From: an uncultured Acidobacteriaceae bacterium
GTDB taxonomy: Bacteria; Acidobacteriota; Terriglobia; Terriglobales; Acidobacteriaceae
DNA: 64,000 nt
Reading direction: 5' to 3'
Assembly (NCBI GenBank): GCA_963709025.1
Contig: CAVPVE010000022.1
Span: 3,509-67,508 of the forward strand
Below, piece by piece: positions 30,780 to 41,923 of the stretch. A program made the position numbers and the translations under genes. Every line of letters begins with the position of its first letter. Positions within the stretch are counted from its first letter, which is position 1. The notes below the pieces were generated by a model. That model did not search any database. It saw only the letters and a list, made by a program, of their open reading frames with translations, and was not told the DNA's origin.

Positions 30780-32301
30780 TTACTTCACTCCGGCGCCTGA
30801 GCCGGATTCCAGAGCCTCCTGGTGCTGCCGGAGCTTCTCCATCATTGCCCGGGCTCCAGCTCTCCGGACTCTGGCGTGGCGGGAACTCCATCATGGTCTG
30901 CATGTACTGCCCGACCAGGGCACCGGCCGGCGCCAGCATAAAGACCCGGTCCGCCCGCCACTTCTAGTAGAAAATCGGAGGAGATTCCGCCTCCTCGAAG
31001 GGATCGGTGCGCAGGTTGACGAGCATGCGGGAACCTCAGCTGCACCAACGGCTCCTGCCAGGCCTCCACTCCCTCATAGCGCTGCACCGCGAAATGGATC
31101 TTCCAGTTGCCGTAGCGAAGCGCCATCAGGTCGCCTTCGTCGCCCCAGTAGAGGAAACCGGGCCGCGGGTTCGCTTTCACCTCGCCCTTTAGATGAGGCA
31201 TGAGGTTGAAGCCGTCGAGATGGACCTTGAAGGTCTTGTTGCCGGCCTTGTGGCCCTTCTTGCACTTCTCGACGATGTCCGGCTCGCCGGCCGCCGCCAC
31301 CAGCGTGGGCAGCATGTCCTGGTGCGAGAAGATTTCGTTGGAGACCGTGCCCGGCTTGATCACGCCCGGCCAGCGAATCGCGCAGCGGCACGCGCCAGCC
31401 GCCTTCCCAGTTCGTGTCCTTCTCGCCGCGGAACGGCGTGGTGCCGCCGTCGGGCCAGCTCAATTCCTCGGCGCCGTTGTCGGTCGAGTACATGACGATG
31501 GTGTTGTCGGCGATGCCCAGCTCGTCGAGCTTGTCGAGCAGTTGCCGACGTGACCGTCGTGCTCGACCATGCCGTCGGGATAAACGCCCAGCCCGGTCTT
31601 GCCCTGGGACTCCTTCTTCAGGTGCGTCCAGATGTGCATCCGGGTGGAGTTCCACCAGCAGAAGAACGGCTTGTCGGCCTTGGCCTGGCGCTCGATGAAG
31701 TCGATCGCGCCCGCCGTGATCTCCTCGTCCATGGTCTCCATGCGCTTCTTGGTCAAGCGGCCGGTGTCTTCGATCTTCTGCGTGCCGTCCGGATTCGCCC
31801 AGCAGTGCAGCACGCCGCGCGGCCCGAACTTCTTCTTGAACTCGGGTATTCCGTGCCTTCGGATAGTCCTCGCATTCCGGCTCTTCCTCGGCGTTCAGGT
31901 GATAGAGGTTGCCGAAGAACTCGTCGAAGCCATGGACGGTGGGCAGGAACTCGTCGCGATCGCCAAGATGGTTCTTGCCGAACTGGCCGCAGGCGTAGCC
32001 CTGCGGCTTGAGCAATTCGGCGATGGTCGGGTCTTCCGGCTGCAGGCCGAGTTTCGCGCCGGGCAAGCCGACCTTGGTCAGAGCCGGTGCGGATCGGCGA
32101 CTGGCCGGTGATGAAGGCGGCGCGGCCGGCCGTGCAGCTCTGCTGGCCGTACCAGTCGGTGAACAGCGCGCCTTCCTTGGCGATGCGGTCGATGTTGGGG
32201 GTCTTGTACCCCATGATGCCGTGGTTGTAGGCGCTGATGTTGAACCAGCCGATGTCATCGCCCCAGATGATCAGAATGTTCGGTTTTTGCGATTTAGCCA
32301 T
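30780..32301 (-). pseudogene. Arylsulfatase paralog, heavily decayed (about 6 frameshifts plus an in-frame stop)
   Basis: Colinear with 12517-14103, but its pieces lie in alternating frames. They are: [18 protein letters not shown]...[19 protein letters not shown]; [12 protein letters not shown]...[11 protein letters not shown]...NAEEEPE; [10 protein letters not shown]...KPFFCWWNSTRMH; QLLDKLDELGIADNTIVMYSTDNGAE...NWEGGWRVP; IKPGTVSNEIFSHQDMLPTL...; LVNLRTDPFEEAESPPIFY*. Confidence 0.85.
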
Positions 32302-32463
32302 ACTGTTTAAGCTCCTATTGAATTTCCTGGAACACCACTGATACCGAACTGACGGTGTTTCGTGTGGCGATGAACGACTCGCTATTCGAGGAGAACTATA
32401 GGCGTATGGCGAGTAACGGCGACTACTGCCCTTTGGGGAAGGTTGCGGCAAATGATGTATTCA

Positions 32464-33688
32464 TCAGAAAATGAACTTGATCAAGCGGGTCAGTAATTGT
32501 TCCAGCGACCAGATGGTTAGCGTCAGCGGCAATAGTGGGGCGGCAGTAATAGCCACAAGTCGCACGATGTCATCAAGCCCAAACGGAACGATGCGCATCT
32601 GACGCACGAAGGAATAGCTGTTTCCCAGGTCGGCCAGCGACTGCAGGTCCGCGGTGCCGAGCAGTTCCCTCGGTTCCGAAGGGCCGCTTCGGACCCACTT
32701 TGCCTCGAAGCCGAACAAATACCGATTGGCGAGCAGGCCATATTCGGCTTGGCCCCTGCGTTTGACACGGTCAAGCCGCGGGGTAAACATGCATAGAGGA
32801 CCAAGAATGCACGCGATGAAGAAACCTAGCCATCCGGCGGCCTCCAACTTGAAGGACAGCACGCTTTGTCCGTTATACAGGACCTGGCTGGCGATCAATC
32901 CCGCCACCAATGCGCCCTGAGCAAAAAGAATCGGCCCGAATGCGTAGGAACTCTTGCCCAGGAACCCAATCCCGCCGGCTCGATCCGGATGGGCGGGCGT
33001 AAGATGCAGGTTCAGTCTCGAAACCTGCCACAGAAAACCGGAACCAGATCACGAGTCTCAAATACCAGCGCAGCAAGATGAACTGAAAAATCGGGATACT
33101 CACGAAGGCGAACCAGTAGCCGGCTAACGTGAGATGCAAGTGCGTTGCGTCCGGCGAGGCATACCAGGTTGCCCCTTTCATTGCGATTTGGTTGCGCCAG
33201 ATCCAGTGCCCCAGTGTATAGACCAGAACCAATAGCGACACTTCCACAGCTACCGAATTGCGTACGCGCAGCGCTGACTTAACCGCTGCGTTGTACGCAG
33301 GCAAGTCTTCGGTCACCACGATGCCCCGCTCCACGAATCGTCCGATCAAAGGGGTGATGCGATTGAGAACCACAAGCTCGGCAATGATGAGCGCTGGCAG
33401 CGCGACAAGGAATCGAGCGTGGGCCTCGACGTCATACAGGAAAGGGATCTTGATGCCTCCGCCGAGGGCGTGACCACCGACCACCGACAAGATCAGGAGT
33501 GGTAACCACGCGAACAGCGTGATGACCAGGACTCGGCGCTTCAGCAGTTCCAGCGCGTCTCCCGACAGATGCGCTCGCCGGTATAGCTGAAACAAGGGCC
33601 CGCCTAGGACCAATGAGAAGTCGGCTGGCTCCGGGATGGCAGTTGGTGTGTTCATTGATTGCCAAACCCTCGCGGTTGAGTGAGACAT
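32464..33688 (-). pseudogene. Polytopic membrane protein (paralog of 43737-44921) with one frameshift
   Basis: Track ORFs 32873-33688 and 32464-32910 join through a 1-nt shift at the A4/T4 run near 33034-33037 (..RWYLRLVIWFRF | LWQVSRLNLHLTPAHPD..). Confidence 0.8.
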
Positions 33689-33838
33689 GACAACAGCAGT
33701 CCTACGTTACTTGAACAATGTGGACTGGTCACCTTCCCTTAAGGGCAGTAGTCCGTATTACCCACATGAGCCTATAGTCCATCGAAGTCCCAATTGCAAT
33801 CCTGAAGCACAGTCTCGATTGCAAAGGATCGACACCCA

Positions 33839-34188
33839 ATGGAACTATTTCCCCGAAGCTTCGAAGAAGGCTTGTGGGCGCGAACGACTGGACCAGGCAA
33901 AGGACGTTTCGTCCTGCAGCCTGTTGTTTCCATTGCGCTCGGTATTCGCGATGGGATCTCGGACGCGAAACACAATAAACCACCCTACTTCATCCGTGTC
34001 CTGTTCAAGAGCGAGCGCAAGCTTTCTGTGCTGAAAGCCGGCCTCAAAAGCGTTGCCACGCCGCTGACGTTGGGATTGTGCTCGATATGATTTTGCAGTG
34101 GGTCATATTCCAAGGGGTCTTCCTGCTTCCAGCCATCATTGCAGGAACGATCCTGGTGGCACTCCCATATGCTGTCGCTCGTGGTTGA
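33839..34188 (+). pseudogene. Small membrane protein (paralog of 15130-15570), frameshifted
   Basis: GRFVLQPVVSIALGIRDGISDAKHNKPPYF lies in one frame. The C-terminal LDMILQWVIFQGVFLLPAIIAGTILVALPYAVARG* lies in another (shift before about 34080). Confidence 0.65.
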
Positions 34189-34347
34189 GCAATCGCGTTG
34201 CCCGGGGATGGTACGAACGGTCGTCAGCCCGGGAATCAGCAACCCGAAAGGCCATTTGAAATTGATTTCTGAGGCCAATAGGAGTGCAACTGGCAGCGTC
34301 CAGCCAGAGCCAATCGTTGGAATTTGATATGTCGGAGGTGACACAGC

Positions 34348-35066
34348 GTGCCTTACTCATACACCCTCGCAGCGGCGCTGGTGCTCGCTAGCGTCTACGT
34401 CTTCGGTTATAAACTGCGTGTCAACTCACATCACCGGCGGTGGATCTCCATTGCCGCCGGCGTATCGGTCGCTACGATTTTCGTAGACCTCCTGCCCGAG
34501 ATCTCGGAACGTCAGGCGACGTTCTCAGGCGGACTCCACCGTGATGCAGCACTCTTCCCGGAGCAGGCCATCTACATTGCCGCCATGCTGGGATTCGTCC
34601 TTTTCTACGGCTTGGAATATATGGTTGCTGCATCGCCTTCCAAAGAAAGCGAGCCTGGTCGCATTTTCTCCATATTCCGAACCACAGCCTTTGCTGCTTA
34701 TAGCAGCCTTATCGCCTATCTCCTCGTGCACGACAGCTGGAAGGGCGTTCCATCCCTGCTCCTTTATTCTCTGGCAATGGCGTTTCATTTGCTCCTCGTC
34801 GACCACTCGCTTGCTGAGCGGCCCGATGGGTCTATCAGAGTCGTGGACGATGGATCCTTGCTCTGGCAGTCATGGTGGGCTGGTGCGCAGGAGTTCTCAC
34901 TTCGATACCGGAGCAATGGCTGGCTAGGATCACGGGGTTCGTCTGCGGCGGCGTCATCATGAATACCCTCGTCGTCGAATTGCCCGAGGGACGTGGAGGA
35001 CGCTTCTGGCCATTTGTTTTGTCTGCGGCGGGATACTCCCTCGTACTCATCATTGTTTTAGGTTAA
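34348..35066 (+). pseudogene. Polytopic membrane protein of unknown function, one frameshift
   Basis: Track ORF 34348-34962 loses its hydrophobic pattern after ..DHSLAER. The pattern resumes in the frame of 34872-35066 (RWILALAVMVGWCAGVL...YSLVLIIVLG*). Confidence 0.6.
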
Positions 35067-35206
35067 CCACGGGATGAACGGTGGACCGTTCGCGCAGGGA
35101 TGCGGGCGTGCCTGGAAATCCCTTCCATCCCCACTGTCTGTTCTGACAGTAACCAGGGCGCCCTCGTGCTCCTAGAATCGATAAGACTTAGGAGTATGCC
35201 TGATTG

Positions 35207-37491
35207 ATGAACATGAGCCGGGCGAGGCAAGAACGACGGTTGAGGAGAGTCTTCTCTCTCACGACCATCGGGCTTGTCATCCTCAGCTTGGGCTAGCGTC
35301 GAGGCAGCCGGGCAGACTCCGGCTCAAAGGCCCATACAACGGGTGCTGGTCCTTTATTCGGATGAGCGGTTGCTGCCAGCTAATCTCATCGTGGATGAGG
35401 CCATCCACGCAACCTTCACGGCCGACACCACCAATCGCATCGAACTTCACAGCGAGTTCCTCGATGTAGCCCGTTTTCCGGGCGAGGAGCAGCGGCAGCG
35501 GCAGCGGGATTTTTTCCGCGAGAAATATCGGCAGCGTCCGCCCGACTTGGTGATCGCAGTCGGCGGAGACGCCTTTCTCTTCCTGGAGGAACGCCGGTCC
35601 GAGTTATTCGGTGGACTCCCGATCGTTTATTGTTCGGTCGCCGGTGATCCGCGTCCGCAGGACCTTTCCGACGCCAGGATTGCGGACGTCCCGGTCCCCG
35701 ATACCGCGCCCTCACGCTGGAGATGATGCTCCGCCTGCATCCCGACGCCCGGCACGTGGCGATAGTCTCAGGCAGCGGGCCGAGGGATCGGCAGTACGCC
35801 GACGTCTTCCGCAAAGAGCTGGCCACCTTCGGGAATAGGGTCACTTTTACATGGCTGACCAATCTTTCCATGGATCAATTGCGCGGAGAGTTGTCGCGTC
35901 TGCCGGATCACAGCCTCGTGCTTTACCTCACAATGTTCCAGGATGCTACCGGCGCGACGTTTGTCCCGCGCCAGGCGCTGGATGCGTTCGCCCCTGCGAG
36001 CCGGGCTCCTATCTATGGCCACTACGAAACCTACGTCGGGCATGGGATCGTCGGCGGTTCGATGGTGACGTTCGAGGAAATCGGCAGGAAAGCCGCCCAG
36101 CTGGGCATCCGTATTCTCGCTGGCGAAGACGCGCAAGCCGCAGCCCGGTCGGAGTCGTACCAGCCGGTGACAATGTTTGACTGGCGCCAGTTGCAGCGAT
36201 GGAAGGTCCGCGAACGGCAACTACCTCCGGGCAGCATCGTCCGATTCAAAGAGGCCACGTATTGGGAGCAACATCGCCAGATCATCGTCACGGCGCTTTC
36301 CCTGTGCCTTCTGGAAGCTTTGTTGATCCTGGCGTTGCTGGCCCAGCTCCGCCGCCGCCGAGTGGCCGAGGCATCCGTGCGCGAAAACGAGCAGCGGATG
36401 AGCTTGGCCGTCGATGCCGCCAACTTTGGCATTTGGATCCGGGACCTCACGCGGAGCGAAATCTGGGCCAGCGACAAGTGGCGGGAGTTGTTCGGATTCA
36501 CGCCGTCAGAGCGCCTGGACTTCGATCGCATCTTGCAAAGGCTGCACCCCGACGATCGCGACGCACTCCGCCAGGTTCTGCCGAAGGCGCTCATCGAACG
36601 GAGGTAGCTACGACACAGAATTTCGGTTGATGCTGCCGGATGGCGAGATGCGCTGGATCTCCTCCAACGGCCGAGTCGAACTTGACGCCAATGGCCAGCC
36701 AGTCCGAATCCGCGGCGCCTCCCGGGATATCACCGCGAATAAGCAAGTCGAGCAGGAGACGCAGCTCTTGAGGCGAGAGGTCGCGCACGTCAGCCGCGTC
36801 ACGATGATGGGCCAACTCGCCTCAGCGCTGGCGCATGAAATCAATCAACCGCTCGGCGCGATCCTGCGCAACGCGGAGGCAGCGGAGCTTTTCATGCAGG
36901 ACGCATCGCCTGACCTCGACGAGATCCGCGCCATCGTTACCGACATCCGCAGGGACGACCAGCGTGCGGGGGCCGTCATCGACCGGATGCGCGGGCTGCT
37001 AAAACGGGAAGCGCTCAATACCAGGGCGCTCGATGTGGGCGAACTCATCAGCGATGTCACTGCCCTCGTGCGGGTCGACGCTGCGGCGCGGCACGTGAAG
37101 TTGGAGGCGGACCTGCCGAGCGATCTGCCGCCCGTGCGCGGGGATCGCGTGCATCTTCAGCAGGTGCTGCTCAACCTCATCCTCAACGGTATGGACGCGC
37201 TCAACGGGGAGCCGAGGGGATCGACGCGTCAGTGTGACCGCGCTACTCAACGGGCGGCAGACCGTCGAGATTTCCGTGAGCGACACCGGCAGCGGCATCC
37301 CCGCTGACAAACTCGCCTCCATCTTCGATCCCTTTTTCACTACGAAGCCGAACGGCATGGGCATGGGTCTGCCGATCTCGCGCACGATCATTGAGGCACA
37401 TGGTGGGCGGTTCTGGGCGGAGAACAACAGCAGCGGCGGAGCGACGTTCCGTTTCACACTGCCGCTCGCGCAGGAGGCTGCCGAGAAATGA
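35207..37491 (+). pseudogene. Sensor histidine kinase (periplasmic solute-binding-like domain, PAS, HisKA, HATPase_c) with about 4 frameshifts
   Basis: Five colinear pieces in different frames, with shifts near 35290, 35720, 36605 and 37230. H-box LASALAHEINQPLGAI, N-box QQVLLNLILNGMDA and G-boxes DTGSGIP...GMGMGLPISRTI are still readable. Confidence 0.85.
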
Positions 37492-38126
37492 GCGTGATCG
37501 GACCCACGGTTCACATCGTCGATGACGACCGGTCATTTCTTACCGCGACCTCGCGGTTGCTGCGGGCGAGCGGCTTCGCGGTGCAGACGTTTGCGTCGGC
37601 GAGCGATTTCCTCGCGCGGCGCGATACGGAGGCGCCGGGTTGTGTGGTGGCTGATTTGCAGATGCCCGGAATGAACGGACTCGACTTGCAATCGGAGCTG
37701 GTGAAATCTCGTAATCCCTAGCCGATTCTCTTCCTCACCGGCCACGGCGACATCCCATCGACCGTGCGCGCGATGCGCGGTGGTGCGGTGGACTTCCTGG
37801 AGAAGCGCGCACCGAAAGAAAGACTTCTCGACGCGGTGAGGCGCGCTCTGGCCCGCGATGCGCAGGAACGCGAGGAACGTGACCGCCAGCGTCAGTTACG
37901 CGCTCGCTTCGACGCGCTCACCGAACGGGAACTCGAAGTCCTCTCCCATGTCGTGCAGGGTAGGCTCAACAAGCAGATCGCCGGCGATCTGGGCATTCAC
38001 GAGCGGACGGTGAAGCTGCACCGGACGGCAATCACGACGAAACTAGGCGTGCAATCCGTCGCGGAACTGACGCGGCTGACCGACGAAGCGGGCATCTTCA
38101 CGACATCTGCGCTGACCTTCCCCTAA
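37488..38126 (+). pseudogene. FixJ/LuxR-family response regulator interrupted by one in-frame TAG
   Basis: ..LQSELVKSRNP*PILFLTGHGDIPSTVRAMRGGAVDFLEK.. The TAG is at 37719-37721. Both halves are in the same frame. The LuxR HTH is intact (LTERELEVLSHVVQGRLNKQIAGDLGIHERTV). Confidence 0.8.
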
Positions 38127-38177
38127 GGGCAGTAGTCGGCCTCACATTCCACGCCTATAGTCCTCATCGGAGTTCCG

Positions 38178-38549
38178 ATGAGCAAAATTACACCCATCTA
38201 CGTCGCTGTTGTTGATGACGATGAAAGCGTTTGCCGATCACTCGGCAGACTACTGCGCGCGGCGGGCCTTCAACCCATCACCTATGCCTCAGCAGAATCG
38301 TTCCTTGCGGACACGAAGCATCCTCAGTTCGGCTGCTTGGTGCTCGACATTCAGCTCGGTGGCATATCCGGCATTGAACTCGCGCAGAAGCTCGTTGCCG
38401 AAGGTGGGCACACTCCTACTATCTTCATCACTGCTCACGACGATCCTGAAGCGCGCGCAGAAGCTGAAGCTACAGGTTGCGCGGCTTACTTCCGCAAGAA
38501 CGATTCCGGCGCGGAAGTGCTTGAGGCTATCCGGCGGGTGGCGGTTTGA
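38178..38549 (+). CDS. Single-domain (CheY-like) response regulator
   Basis: VAVVDDDESV...CLVLDIQLGGISGIEL...IFITAHDD...AYFRK. Intact. Confidence 0.8.
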   Translation: MSKITPIYVAVVDDDESVCRSLGRLLRAAGLQPITYASAESFLADTKHPQFGCLVLDIQLGGISGIELAQKLVAEGGHTPTIFITAHDDPEARAEAEATGCAAYFRKNDSGAEVLEAIRRVAV

Positions 38550-38569
38550 ACCAAACCCAGAGAGTCGCG

Positions 38570-40438
38570 ATGAAAACAACCTTCACCATCCTGCACACCA
38601 ACGACATCCACTCGAATCTCATCGGTGTCGGCCCCGCCTCGGAATACACGCCGGCCACGCTCAACGACGACCGTACCATCGGTGGTATCGAGCGCATCGC
38701 CACGCTCGTCGCCGAACGGAAGCGGGCACGCGAAGCCGACGGACCTGTGCTCGTTCTTGATATTGGCGATTTCAGCGTGGGCACACCCTTCGGAGGAGCA
38801 TTTCAGCAGACCGGCGCTGAGCTGCAATGCCTATCTCTGGCAGGATTCGACGCGACGACGTTCGGCAATCATGATTTCGATTTCGGGCCTGCGGCCCTGG
38901 CCAACGCTGTGGCTTCGGCCCGCAAGGCCGGCCGCTTGCCCAAGATTCTCGCCGCCAACACAAGCTTCGCTGCCGCCGATGTTGCACTCGACGGCATGAA
39001 GGCGCTGGCCCAAGCTGGGGCGATCCGCAGCCACATGGTGATCGAACGTGGGGGTATACGCTTCGGCCTGTTCGGCATGATGGGCGCCGACTCTATTACG
39101 TGGACCATCAATCCGGGCGCCCTAACATTCCCCGATCCGATCGAGACCGCACGGGAAATAGTGAAACGGTTGCGCGCAGAGGGCGCGGACGTGATCGTTT
39201 GCATGAGCCACGGCGGAGTGCGCGAGCCCAAGAACGGCCCGATCACCGAAGGCGACGACATCAACCTGGCGCGTGCCGTGCCCGAAATCGACATCATCGT
39301 CGGCGGACACACACACACTTTCATGCGAACGCCGGTGATCGTGAACGGCACGCCGATCGTGCAGGCTGGTTGCTGCGGCCAGGCAGTCGGGGAACTGGTC
39401 ATCCAAATGGAGAGGCGCGACAGAAAAGTCGTGTCGTACGAGTTGCGGCCGGTCGACGACACCATCCCAGGCGATCCACGCCTCGGCAAGGAAATGAAGG
39501 CGTTCTCGGCCGAAGCATCTCGCATCGTGTTCGCGCCGCGCGGTCTGAGCCTTGATGAGCCGCTAGTGGTCATCGATCGCGACTGGCCCAACACGTTCTT
39601 CGACCTGAACGCCTCGCGGCCGCTTGGCAACGTGACGGCCGATGCCATTCGCGACGCCACCGGAGCGAATGTGGCGTTGAACGCCGCCGGCATGGTCCGG
39701 GCCGGTTTGACGAAGGGCGCTTCCGGGGTGCAGACGGCCTACGACGTCTTCCTGATCGCGCCGCTTGGGATCGGCGTCGTGGATCAGAGTGCCGGTGGTT
39801 CTTTGGTGCTCGCATATCTCACGGGACGAGAGATCAAGGACTGTCTTGAATTCCTGCTCGCGGGCAATCCAAACATACCCGGCCAATACTTTCCTCGCGT
39901 GTCGGGCATGCGTTTCCGATACGACGCCTCGCGACCGCTTTACGACACGGTGACTTCGGTCGAACTCGGCGACCTCGCGGGTGGCTATCGCGTCATCGAC
40001 ATCTCGGGCGCGTCGAAGGAACTCTACAGCGTCGCCTGCAACCTCTACCTAGGGATATTGCTCGCTGCCATATCCAAGAAGACCAAGGGGGCACTGGCGG
40101 TCGCGCCCAAGAAGAAGGATGGCACACCGATCGAGTCGCGCGTCGACGCGCTGCCAACGGAGCAGTCCGGCCCGTACTTGCTGCCGCCGAAGGGCACCAT
40201 CGACAAGGATCATGTTGTCCGCGATCCCAAGGCAGCCGCAACGATTGAGATTAAGGAATGGCAGGCCATCATGAATTACCTGAAGGGGCTGCCAACGAAG
40301 AATGAAAAGGGTGTGACAGTGCTCGTGATGGATGAGCGCACGAAGGAGAACCGATCAATCGATGTGCGCTCGGAAGAAACCGATTCCTCGCGCGGTGAGT
40401 TCGGATGCTCGAATCGGTCAGAACTCAAGGTCCCGTGA
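38570..40438 (+). CDS. Bifunctional metallophosphatase / 5'-nucleotidase family protein
   Basis: HTNDIHS, DIGDFSVGT, GNHDFD, MSHGG and GGHTHT, followed by a 5'-nucleotidase C-terminal domain. I prefer the ATG at 38570. The track uses a TTG at 38546 that overlaps the upstream stop. Confidence 0.85.
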   Translation: MKTTFTILHTNDIHSNLIGVGPASEYTPATLNDDRTIGGIERIATLVAERKRAREADGPVLVLDIGDFSVGTPFGGAFQQTGAELQCLSLAGFDATTFGNHDFDFGPAALANAVASARKAGRLPKILAANTSFAAADVALDGMKALAQAGAIRSHMVIERGGIRFGLFGMMGADSITWTINPGALTFPDPIETAREIVKRLRAEGADVIVCMSHGGVREPKNGPITEGDDINLARAVPEIDIIVGGHTHTFMRTPVIVNGTPIVQAGCCGQAVGELVIQMERRDRKVVSYELRPVDDTIPGDPRLGKEMKAFSAEASRIVFAPRGLSLDEPLVVIDRDWPNTFFDLNASRPLGNVTADAIRDATGANVALNAAGMVRAGLTKGASGVQTAYDVFLIAPLGIGVVDQSAGGSLVLAYLTGREIKDCLEFLLAGNPNIPGQYFPRVSGMRFRYDASRPLYDTVTSVELGDLAGGYRVIDISGASKELYSVACNLYLGILLAAISKKTKGALAVAPKKKDGTPIESRVDALPTEQSGPYLLPPKGTIDKDHVVRDPKAAATIEIKEWQAIMNYLKGLPTKNEKGVTVLVMDERTKENRSIDVRSEETDSSRGEFGCSNRSELKVP

Positions 40439-40560
40439 AGAAGTCCATCGAAGATGACAACTGCGTGGGCATTAAGAAATCGATATTTTCCGAAAACGTT
40501 AAGAAGGGTTGCACTCGTAACCCTGCCATTGAAACAAACACAGAAAAGGTGTGAAAGGCG

Positions 40561-41902
40561 ATGATGACGAAACCGATTCAAACGAAATTCCATGGCTGGC
40601 AAAGTCTCGTGGCTCTACTGTGCGCACTGCTGCTCGCTCCCGGCGACATGATGCTATACGCGTCGCCGGCACAGCCTCAGGACGCCTCATCAGGGCAAGC
40701 GGCTCCGGCACTCCCCAATGATCAATTGGACTCACTGGTGGCGCCGATCGCCTTGTATCCTGACCCGCTTCTAAGCCAGGTATTGGTGGCTTCGACCTAT
40801 CCGCTGGAAATCATCCAGCTGCAGCAATGGCTCGGGAAGAATGGCACCCTGAAGGGCGATGCACTGACAACGGCCGTTCAAAAGCAGAATTGGGACCCCA
40901 GCATTCAGGCCATGGCTGTGCTTCCGGACGTGGTCAAACGCCTGGCGGACGACATCACCTGGACCACCGACCTCGGAAATGCTTTTCTGGCGCAACAGTC
41001 AGATGTGATGGACGCGGTCCAGCGCATGCGCATGAAGGCGAAGAACGCCGGGAATTTGAAGTCCAGTGAACAGATGAAGTAGAAACAAAGGTTGTTGAAA
41101 AGCAGACCGTTGTCGTCATCCAGCAGACCAACCCACAGGTGGTGTACGTGCCCACGTATAGCCCCGTGGTGGTTTACGGACCGCCCATATACCCGTATCC
41201 GCCGATTTACTATCCTCCGCCAAGTTACTACGCGGCGGGCGCTGTCTTCGCGTTCGGAGTCGGCATTGCGATCGGGGCAGCTTACCGTGGTGGTTGGGGC
41301 TACGGTTGCGGGTGGGGCCACGGTCACAACAACATCAACATCAACGTCAACAACAATTACGTCAGCCACTACAACCGGACGAACATCACAACGTAAATCG
41401 CAACAACATCAACAACGTGAATCGGAACGGAAATAACTGGCAGCACAATCCCCAGCACCGCGGCGGCACTCCCTATTCAAACAAGGCGACGGCAAATAAG
41501 TTCGGCGGTGACAGCTCGCGGGGATTCCATGTCCACACGACAAGCGAACGCGCGGCAACAGCGGAGCCGGCAATAGACAACAGCCCACCGCCAATAATCG
41601 AGGCGGGACCGCAGCAAGCCGGGCTGGCTCGAATGCCGGTTCGCGGCCCAACACCGGCACCGCAGCAAACCGGGCTAAGTCCAATGCCGCAACGCGTCCC
41701 AGCAACACGGGTGTGAATAAGGGTAGCGGAAGCGGGAACAATATTGGCAACCGGCAGGTTCCCCGCGTCGTCGAACCACGGCGCGTTCGGAGGAGCATCG
41801 AGCAAAGCCAGTGCCCAAGCCAGCGGTACGCGGGGTGCATCCAGCATGGGCGTGTCCCGTGGTGGTGGGGTGCACGTTCAGGCGGTGGACGGCGGTGATT
41901 AA
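40561..41902 (+). pseudogene. DUF3300 protein gene, at least 3 frameshifts
   Basis: LVAPIALYPDPLLSQVLVASTYPLEIIQLQQWL lies in frame 1 up to a stop at 41082. It continues as VETKVVEKQTVVVIQQTNPQVVYVPTYSP.. in a second frame, then NWQHNPQHRGGTPYSNKATANKFGG in a third. The exact 3' end is uncertain. Confidence 0.8.
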
Positions 41903-41923
41903 AGTCATGAATAAGGAAAACCT

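Noticed and set aside
31074-32258. 394-aa ORF (Arg/Pro/Gly-rich) as a real gene
   Set aside because: It is an open frame running through the decayed sulfatase. Only two internal stretches match sulfatase sequence, and the rest is out-of-frame low-complexity translation.
34348-35066. Calling this membrane protein a ZIP-family metal transporter
   Set aside because: It has only a loose HxxxD-like pattern (FHLLLVDHS). The canonical ZIP HNxPEG/HExPE motifs are absent.
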